Of a stretch of DNA of 24,814 bases, positions 18,480-24,814 are shown piece after piece. Each line of letters opens with the position of its first letter. Within the stretch, counting starts at the first letter, position 1. This stretch comes from Candidatus Jordarchaeum sp. LHC_1308 (GTDB taxonomy: Archaea; Asgardarchaeota; Jordiarchaeia; Jordiarchaeales; Freyrarchaeaceae): the NCBI GenBank assembly GCA_019057675.1, contig JAHLWX010000025.1:1-24814 (forward strand), read 5' to 3'. Position numbers and translations under genes: made by a program. The notes under the pieces are model-generated. The model saw only the letters and a list, made by a program, of their open reading frames with translations. It was not told the origin of the DNA and searched no databases.

Positions 18480-19239
18480 AAAATGCTTCTAGTCTAATTC
18501 TCCCTGCGGGGATCTCGAAAACCGTTATCTTATTTGTTGCCGGCAGCGCCACGTTGAAAACGGGCACCCCTTTAAACTGGCAGAATGTTTTTCCTCTGTG
18601 AGCATGCCCGTGAACGGCGAAGTCCACTTGTTCCAATATAGACTCGTATTTTCTCGACGCCATCTCCGGCCAAGCCGAGAGAGGCTCTCCCTCTAAGTTG
18701 CAGTATGTGGGTGCATAGTGCGTTAGTAGCCCCTTGTAGGTCGTGCTTAGCTTGGAGATCTCCTCTTTCACTTTCTCCGCTCTTGCTGCATACAGTTCCC
18801 TGATGCCGGGCACGTTCTTGGACTGCCATCGTGTTGGCCTGTCAAGCGAGCCCTTAGATCCCACAATTCCTAGGCTTACACCACCCGCCCTCAGAACGAA
18901 TGTCTCCTCCTCAAGGAACACTACCCTTCCACTGCAAAGTCCCTTGAGTTCGTCGTGCAGGTTCTCATACTCCTCGTTTCCGAAACACGCGATGACTGGT
19001 ACGTCAACATGTTCCTCCAATGCGTCTAGGACGCGAGGGTACTCATCTATCTTCCCTTTATCGACCACGTCTCCTGCAAGCATGAACAAGTCAACTTCCA
19101 GCTTTTCTCTCGCCAACTCAAGTAAGAGGTCAAAGTAGCGGGGGGAATGTATGTCTCCGACCGCGGCCACTCTAAACTTAACGTTACCCACACTTGAAAC
19201 GCCCCTCAGCTTTTCCCTCAAGTATTTTAATTCCTCCAA
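18472..19239 (-). CDS. metallophosphoesterase (calcineurin-like)
   Basis: Motifs are VAAVGDIHSP, LAGDVVDKG, FGNEE, GHAHRG. The true start may be the GTG at ~19191, just before VKFRVAAVGDIH. Confidence 0.75.
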   Translation of the reverse strand: MEELKYLREKLRGVSSVGNVKFRVAAVGDIHSPRYFDLLLELAREKLEVDLFMLAGDVVDKGKIDEYPRVLDALEEHVDVPVIACFGNEEYENLHDELKGLCSGRVVFLEEETFVLRAGGVSLGIVGSKGSLDRPTRWQSKNVPGIRELYAARAEKVKEEISKLSTTYKGLLTHYAPTYCNLEGEPLSAWPEMASRKYESILEQVDFAVHGHAHRGKTFCQFKGVPVFNVALPATNKITVFEIPAGRIRLEAFFR

Positions 19240-19257
19240 CTATCTTAAAGGTTCTCG

Positions 19258-20331
19258 GTGGAGTTCTTGAAGCCCAGAGAGCGTTTTCTCACGGCGCTGG
19301 AGCATGAGGTGCCGGACGTCGTTCCCCTTTACGACATGGGAATCGACGAGACGCTTGTAGTTAGGATTATGGGGGGTGAAAGGTATAGCTTGGAGCTGGG
19401 TGTCAAATGTCATAGATGGTTGGGGCTGGATGCTGTGACCGCGTGGCCGGAGACTTTTCCCGTGTTTTACTTCGAGGATGATAAGGGGCGGAGAGGATAT
19501 GTGGACGAGTGGGGGCGCAAGAGAATCATCACGGAAGATGGAACGAAGTGGTATGCGGGCGGCGTCATAGCTACGCGGGAGGACTTCGAATCGTGGAGTT
19601 GGCCTGACCCAAATCTTCCTGAAAGGTACACTGAAGTTAGGCGTGTAGTCGAGCTCAGCGGCGACTTGGCTGTCGTCGGATTTGTTGGAGGGCCGTTTGA
19701 GAGAGCCGCCCTAGGGAGAACCCATGAAAGGTTTCTCGCGGATGTGCACGCCGCCCCTTCATTTGTCGTTGAGCACATGAGGAAGGTCTGTGACTACTGG
19801 ATAGAGGTGGGAAAGATAGAGGTGGAGCTTGGTGTTGACGCGCTGGTGCTGGCCGACGACTACGCCTACAAGTCCGGCCCCTTTTTCTCTCCGGAGATTT
19901 TCAGGAGGTTCGTGCTCCCCCTCCTTAAGAGGGAAGTTTCAGCCTTCAAGAGGCTCGGCGTCCACGTGATTCACCATTCGGACGGCTACATTGTTCCACT
20001 TCTTCCTCTCCTTGTCGAGGCGGGCGTGGAAGCCGTTCACTCGTTGGAGCCAGCCGCCGGGGTTGACATAGGATGGGTGAAAGAGGAGTACGGGGAAAAA
20101 CTTGTGCTCGTGGGTAACGTTGACTGCGACATACTCTTGCCGTCGGCATCCCCACATGAAGTGGGACGGGTGGTTGGCGAAACAATAATAAAGGCGGGGT
20201 GGGACGGAGGATACATTCTTTCGTCCAGCAATAGCCTGCACAAGGCGTGCAGGGTGGAAAACGTGCTGGCAATGATCTTGGAAGCTAAGAAGTGGCGTTA
20301 CTCAGGCTCTACGCCCGTGAGGAGCCACTAG
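19258..20331 (+). CDS. uroporphyrinogen decarboxylase (URO-D/MtaA-like) family protein
   Basis: The N-terminus KPRERFLTALEHEVPDVVPLY and the overall size of 357 aa fit the URO-D fold family. I did not see the Zn-ligand H-x-C of MtaA-type methyltransferases (the protein has HHSDG instead). Confidence 0.6.
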   Translation: MEFLKPRERFLTALEHEVPDVVPLYDMGIDETLVVRIMGGERYSLELGVKCHRWLGLDAVTAWPETFPVFYFEDDKGRRGYVDEWGRKRIITEDGTKWYAGGVIATREDFESWSWPDPNLPERYTEVRRVVELSGDLAVVGFVGGPFERAALGRTHERFLADVHAAPSFVVEHMRKVCDYWIEVGKIEVELGVDALVLADDYAYKSGPFFSPEIFRRFVLPLLKREVSAFKRLGVHVIHHSDGYIVPLLPLLVEAGVEAVHSLEPAAGVDIGWVKEEYGEKLVLVGNVDCDILLPSASPHEVGRVVGETIIKAGWDGGYILSSSNSLHKACRVENVLAMILEAKKWRYSGSTPVRSH

Positions 20332-21019
20332 CAGCCTCCTCTAGTGCCTCCAGTATCGTAGCCACGCTCTCGACGACCATTCTCGCCCCCGCTTCCTCAA
20401 GCTCCCCTTTTCTTCTTCCCGAGGAGAGGACGCCTATGGCTGCCGCACCAGCCCTTACAGCGCAGTGAACATCCACTGGGTGATCCCCGACAACCACTGC
20501 CTCAGATGCCTCAACCGAGAGCCTTGAAAAAACGTCTTCTAGGTGACGTGGATCCGGCTTCGGTGCTAGCACGTCGTCCCTTGAAACCATAGCATCCATG
20601 AACTGGTCTAAGCTGAACCGTTTCGCTACGAGCATCATGGCCGACCGCTTGTTAAGCGTGAAGAGCCCAAGCTTGAACCCCCGCCTCCTCAGAAAGGCTA
20701 GTAGCTCTAGGGCGCCGGGTATTGGAGTTGTTTTGCTTGCCGCTTCAAGTTCGAAGCTCTCAACCACCCTGTCAACCTCGGACACCATCTGGTCGACGCG
20801 CATGCCTCTAGCTGATAGATAGTCAACGCTTCGCCTAAGCATTGTTAAAATACTATCGTTGGGGTTGAGTAGCTCCCCTAGGACGCCGTAGCGTCTCAGG
20901 ACGTTGATCACGGCCATCCTTGCCGACTGGTAATCTATAGCTTGGATGACGAGCGTTCCGTCGCAGTCGAAGACGACAGCTTTTCTCGAGAAAATGAGCT
21001 CAGTTAACTCTCCCCTCAA
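20309..21019 (-). CDS. HAD-superfamily hydrolase (phosphatase-like)
   Basis: Motif I is VVFDCDGTL. A downstream K is present, as is VVVGDHPVDV (motif IV). The 3' end overlaps the convergent URO-D gene by 23 nt. Confidence 0.75.
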   Translation of the reverse strand: MRGELTELIFSRKAVVFDCDGTLVIQAIDYQSARMAVINVLRRYGVLGELLNPNDSILTMLRRSVDYLSARGMRVDQMVSEVDRVVESFELEAASKTTPIPGALELLAFLRRRGFKLGLFTLNKRSAMMLVAKRFSLDQFMDAMVSRDDVLAPKPDPRHLEDVFSRLSVEASEAVVVGDHPVDVHCAVRAGAAAIGVLSSGRRKGELEEAGARMVVESVATILEALEEAASGSSRA

Positions 21020-21053
21020 CTATCCTCGTGCGCCTCCTTTTCCCAGGTCGCCT

Positions 21054-21482
21054 TTAACTCTTTATGGCCTCTTCAAGTATTTCCTTAAACGACTCGTAGT
21101 CCCTGGCTCCTATTATTCTTCCGAGCATTTTTCCATTTTTGAAGAGGATAAACGTCGGGACAGCTGACACATCAAACCTGAGGGCGAGCTCCGTGTTCTC
21201 GTCAACGTTAACCTTTCCGAAGGCGACTTTTCCAGCGAACTCCTCCGCCAGCTTCTCCATCACGGGTTCCATCATCCTGCAGGGAGGACACCAAACTGCG
21301 AAAAAGTCAATCAGCACGGGAATCGAAGAGTGAGACACGAAGCCGTCAAAACTTTCCTCGCTAAGCGTTACGATTCCAACAGGCATATTCGAACTGGAAG
21401 CCCTTTTGGAAAGCTCCTTAAGCTTCTTCTCCTTTATGCGCTTTAACTCCTCGTCTTCCTCAAACGCTTCCTCGCCTGGCAA
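21054..21482 (-). CDS. thioredoxin with a charged N-terminal extension
   Basis: The active site is FFAVWCPPCRMMEP and the fold continues with VPTFILFKNG. The ~35-aa N-terminal region is E/K-rich. Confidence 0.8.
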   Translation of the reverse strand: MPGEEAFEEDEELKRIKEKKLKELSKRASSSNMPVGIVTLSEESFDGFVSHSSIPVLIDFFAVWCPPCRMMEPVMEKLAEEFAGKVAFGKVNVDENTELALRFDVSAVPTFILFKNGKMLGRIIGARDYESFKEILEEAIKS

Positions 21483-21619
21483 AAATATTCCTCCTTAAAG
21501 AAAACCATCAAACTTAAACGCCTCCCCGCCTCTTAAAATTTTTCTCTTTAAACCAGCTTCTCGCAAAACCATAAATAACGGGCAACCTTTAACATTGTTT
21601 ATCTAGGGGAGGTGCCTTT

Positions 21620-22744
21620 ATGGCTGGCGAGGATCTTTACGAGAAGCTTCGCCAAATAATAAACCGGGGAGTTTTAGTCAGGCTGCCTAAGCACAGAGCG
21701 ACTTACGAGTTGTTGAAAGGGATCTTCAGTGAGGAGGAGGCTAGGCTGCTCACCGCCTTCCAGAAGCCAAACCAGCCTCTAAATTCAAGCGCAATCGCCC
21801 AGCTTTCAGGCTTCCCCGAGGATGAGGCGACGAGGATCCTTGACGAAATGGCGTACAAGGGCAAAATCCTTAGGGTTGGCAGCTTCTACGTGTTGCTCCC
21901 ATTTGTCCCCGGTCTCTTTGAAGTGTACTTTACTCACGACAGGGACGACCCTGAAAGGATGGCGAAGGCGGCAAAGGCTTACCGTGAGCTCTTCTACTCT
22001 GGGCACCCATTCGAGCTGAGTGCGGGAAAGCACCCCATCTACCGAGTTATACCTGCAGTGGAGCCCGTGAAGAAGACGATCGAGATAAACAAGACGCTGG
22101 GCTTGGAACGACAAGTTTTGCCTTACGAGATCCTAGAAGAGTACCTTTCAAAGGCGAACCTTTTTGCGGTCATCCCATGCAGTTGCAGGAACGCTGCGAA
22201 GTATGCTGGGGAACCATGCAAACGCACCAAGGAAAACTTCTGCGTGGCCGTAGGTTTGCTGGCTAAGTCTGTTTTGGATCAAGGGATCGGCAGACAGGTA
22301 TCGTTCGAAGAACTCATGGAGATCATGAAGCGCGCCGAGAAGGAAGGGCTCGTCCACGAAACAATAAACATTCAGGAAATGGCTGCCTTCATCTGTAATT
22401 GTTGCCCCTGCTGCTGTGGCTTCCTGAAGTCAGTGAAAGAGCTTCGAAACTACGGTGCCATATGCAAGTCAAACTTTGCCCCCGTAATAAACAACGACCT
22501 CTGCAAGCGGTGCGATAAGTGCATGAAGATCTGCCCCATGGACGCCATATATCATCATTACCCTCACTCAGAGGACCTCTCAGACGACATGATGGTTGTA
22601 AGGGAGGACCTTTGCATAGGGTGTGGCCTATGCGCGTCGAACTGCCCGAACGGCGCAGTCATCCTCAAAAAAGTTAGAGACAGTGTACCATTTAAAAACC
22701 AAGCCGAAATGGAGGAGCAAGTTAAAGCCGGGAGGATGCACTAG
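21620..22744 (+). CDS. Fe-S protein: N-terminal wHTH-like region, Cys-rich CSC/CNCCPCCC segment, and a C-terminal 2x[4Fe-4S] ferredoxin domain
   Basis: GGGGAGGTG lies upstream of the ATG. Motifs are IPCSCRN..C, CNCCPCCCG, CKRCDKCMKICP and CIGCGLCASNCP. Confidence 0.65.
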   Translation: MAGEDLYEKLRQIINRGVLVRLPKHRATYELLKGIFSEEEARLLTAFQKPNQPLNSSAIAQLSGFPEDEATRILDEMAYKGKILRVGSFYVLLPFVPGLFEVYFTHDRDDPERMAKAAKAYRELFYSGHPFELSAGKHPIYRVIPAVEPVKKTIEINKTLGLERQVLPYEILEEYLSKANLFAVIPCSCRNAAKYAGEPCKRTKENFCVAVGLLAKSVLDQGIGRQVSFEELMEIMKRAEKEGLVHETINIQEMAAFICNCCPCCCGFLKSVKELRNYGAICKSNFAPVINNDLCKRCDKCMKICPMDAIYHHYPHSEDLSDDMMVVREDLCIGCGLCASNCPNGAVILKKVRDSVPFKNQAEMEEQVKAGRMH

Positions 22745-22861
22745 CAACGCCATACCGAGAAGCCATCGTGCATCTTTTTTCAGCGTCTCTTCACGTGAGA
22801 ATATGTTTCATGAGCGTTTGCCTAGGGTTTGAGCCATATTAAGGTTTTTCAGCTGTCCTCT

Positions 22862-24088
22862 TTACCCGCTGTTCTGGTTAACATATTTTTCAATGTTTTG
22901 TTGGGGTATGCCGAAGGCGTACAGTATGCTTAGCAGGTTTTTCTGGCTTATGACTCCATCAGCCACTTGCTTCAGTATTTCCTTGGCGTTGAACGCTATG
23001 CCAAGCCCAACGTTCTTGAGCATGAACCTGTCATTGGCGCCATCCCCTACAGCCACTATTTCATCCTTGCTTATGCCCTCGTTCTCCGCTATCCACTTTA
23101 TAATCTCCGCTTTCCTCTCGGCGTCTATTATGGGCTCCTCCACCTCGCCCGTCACTACCCCGTCTTTTATTATGAGCTTGTTCCCGAAGGCGTAGTCCAA
23201 CCCCAAGAGCTCCTTGAGCTTGTCTGTGAAGTAGGTGAACCCTCCGCTTATCAGGGCAACCTTGCATCCCATGCTTTTCAGTGCTTGGATTAGCTCCCTT
23301 GCGCCGGGTGTTAGGCGTATGTTTTGCGCCACCCTCTCGAGCTCCTCAACCTTTAACCCCGCTAAGAGCTTGACCCGACTTCTCAACGCCTCCTTAAACT
23401 CTATTTTTCCCTCCATTGCCTGCCTCGTTATCTTGTACACTTCTTCCCCGACCCCGGCAACCTTGGCTATTTCGTCTATTATTTCCTGCTCTACCAGTGT
23501 CGAGTCCATATCGAACACCACCAGCCTCTTGGGAATACCGAAGACGTCCTCCCTCTGCACTATAGCGCTCAGCTCCATCTCCTCGCACTTCGCTTTCAGC
23601 TTGGACTTGACTTCCTCCAAGTCGGCGTTCGTATCGCTCACGTCAGCCACCATCTCCATCGCGAACATTTCCCCCCTCGCTATCATGCGTATACGCTCAA
23701 TATTTATGTTGTAGTCTCTGAGAAGTGATGAGACCGCCGCAACTATTCCGGGCCTGTCCCTGCCAAGAATATTAATGAAGACCAGCTTCTTGTCAGCCTT
23801 CCTCCTCCCGGGAATGTACGGCTCAGCACCAACCTGTAACCCCACCTCCCTCCCTTTAGCCATAATCATCTTCCTAAGCTCATCCAGGGATACGGATGCC
23901 CGGCTGAGGTCAACTATCATAAATATCGCGAAGAGCCCCCTCATCACGATCTCTTCTATGTCAACTATGTTGCCGTTAACACTCGCTATTATCCCCGTCA
24001 GCTCGGCCACGAGCCCCGGCTTATCTCTGCCGGTCGCCGTTACAACAATCATGCAGTTATCATCAGGCAACATATCACCACTACACAA
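22862..24088 (-). CDS. serB: phosphoserine phosphatase (HAD, SerB-type) with two N-terminal ACT domains
   Basis: There are two ACT-like repeats (GRDKPGLVAELTGIIA.. and GRDRPGIVAAVSSLL..). These are followed by VVFDMDSTLVEQEIIDEIAKVAG, SGGF and VGDGANDRFML. The start may be the internal ATG at ~24052. Confidence 0.8.
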   Translation of the reverse strand: MCSGDMLPDDNCMIVVTATGRDKPGLVAELTGIIASVNGNIVDIEEIVMRGLFAIFMIVDLSRASVSLDELRKMIMAKGREVGLQVGAEPYIPGRRKADKKLVFINILGRDRPGIVAAVSSLLRDYNINIERIRMIARGEMFAMEMVADVSDTNADLEEVKSKLKAKCEEMELSAIVQREDVFGIPKRLVVFDMDSTLVEQEIIDEIAKVAGVGEEVYKITRQAMEGKIEFKEALRSRVKLLAGLKVEELERVAQNIRLTPGARELIQALKSMGCKVALISGGFTYFTDKLKELLGLDYAFGNKLIIKDGVVTGEVEEPIIDAERKAEIIKWIAENEGISKDEIVAVGDGANDRFMLKNVGLGIAFNAKEILKQVADGVISQKNLLSILYAFGIPQQNIEKYVNQNSG

Positions 24089-24263
24089 AACTTTTTCTCA
24101 ACATGAAGAAAACAGGAAGTCACACTAAAACCTTTTTCCCAAAGAATCCAAAGCGCCCTTTCACCCAAACCGAAAACTCGCAACATCAATTGCCTATTTC
24201 GAATACTATTTAAGTTACTAAATATATCCCTTAACTAAAAACTATTGGGAGGAAGAACTTTTT

Positions 24264-24814
24264 TTGACTGGAAAAGCTGCGTTGGCGACGCTTTTAGCTG
24301 CACTCGTGGTGAGCGCTATCTTGGCCGGAACTGGTGCCGCGGCGGCCAGCTGGCAACTGCAGCTTCAAGCTCCCGTTTACGCCGTCCAGAGTTTACCCGA
24401 AATGAACGTTACGTGGTCGACGTTGACCGGAACTATTACCAACGAAGCCAGTTGGGAAGTGAACGCTTGGGAGTTTGGTCCAACGCCGACACTTAAAATC
24501 TACAACTCGTCAGGGATGGAAGTGGAAACAGGACCGCTGGAGTTCGGGTCAATGGTTAACAGAAACGCGGACTACACGTTCTCAGTAAAGGTGCCGAAGC
24601 AGTTTTTTGATGGCTTAGGGTTGACGGTGGGATTCATCGGAGTAGAGATCATCGGCAGTATTGGGGGCTCCAAGGTCTATGTCCGGGCGGGGTATAACTA
24701 CACCTCGGACAGGTGGGAAAAAGAATCCATCATGGTTCGGTTTGACGGAACCACCGTGGACACACCGTTCTTCTTTGCCAACACCAATAAAACCGATAAT
24801 GAAAACGAATACAT
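24264..24814 (+). CDS. secreted/cell-surface protein with a signal peptide, 3'-truncated by the window end
   Basis: This frame is absent from the ORF track because it has no stop inside the window. The TTG at 24264 follows GGGAGGAAG. The frame is open to the window end and reads MTGKAALATLLAALVVSAILAGTGAAAASWQ..., with several N-x-S/T sequons (NVT, NSS, NYT, NKT). Confidence 0.6.
   Translation, partial: MTGKAALATLLAALVVSAILAGTGAAAASWQLQLQAPVYAVQSLPEMNVTWSTLTGTITNEASWEVNAWEFGPTPTLKIYNSSGMEVETGPLEFGSMVNRNADYTFSVKVPKQFFDGLGLTVGFIGVEIIGSIGGSKVYVRAGYNYTSDRWEKESIMVRFDGTTVDTPFFFANTNKTDNENEY

Noticed and set aside
24245-24496. ORF 24245..24496 (+)
   Set aside because: It is an Arg/Ser/Gly-rich implausible peptide. 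The overlapping frame from 24264 encodes a signal-peptide protein and stays open to the window end.

Overview
This is a chromosomal segment from an archaeon, probably a thermophile. The evidence is an initiator tRNA with an A1:U72 pair, BRE/TATA promoters, GGAGGTG Shine-Dalgarno sites, frequent TTG/GTG starts, a four-subunit 2-oxoacid:ferredoxin oxidoreductase operon, a thiolase+DUF35 pair, and K/E/R/V-rich proteins. I call about 27 protein genes, one tRNA and one rRNA.

Main finding: the apparently non-coding stretch at 7991-8151, which the ORF track covers with two spurious ORFs, is a 5S rRNA gene in circularly permuted order. The 3' two-thirds of 5S comes first and the 5' third follows. The natural 5S termini (helix I) are closed by a UACG tetraloop. 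The new ends lie in the 3' side of loop B, inside a 16-bp leader/trailer stem that carries a bulge-helix-bulge (BHB) motif. Cutting at the BHB and ligating would restore the conserved 5S sequence CGGAAGUCAAGCC as a 122-nt circle.

Other points of interest:
- A co-directional five-gene cluster at 1618-5863: small wHTH, P-loop kinase, CitG-like enzyme, coiled-coil wHTH protein, and a wHTH fused to a TiaS kinase-domain-like module.
- An AT-rich decayed island between porB and tRNA-iMet at 14850-17129. It holds a frameshifted ArsM-like methyltransferase pseudogene, a metallo-beta-lactamase-fold gene fragment, and an EVE-domain/nuclease-like gene broken by two compensating frameshifts.
- A membrane-anchored radical SAM/SPASM enzyme with no obvious substrate gene nearby.

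All functional calls rest on motifs I recognised by eye. No searches were run, and coordinates I derived by hand may be off by 1 nt.
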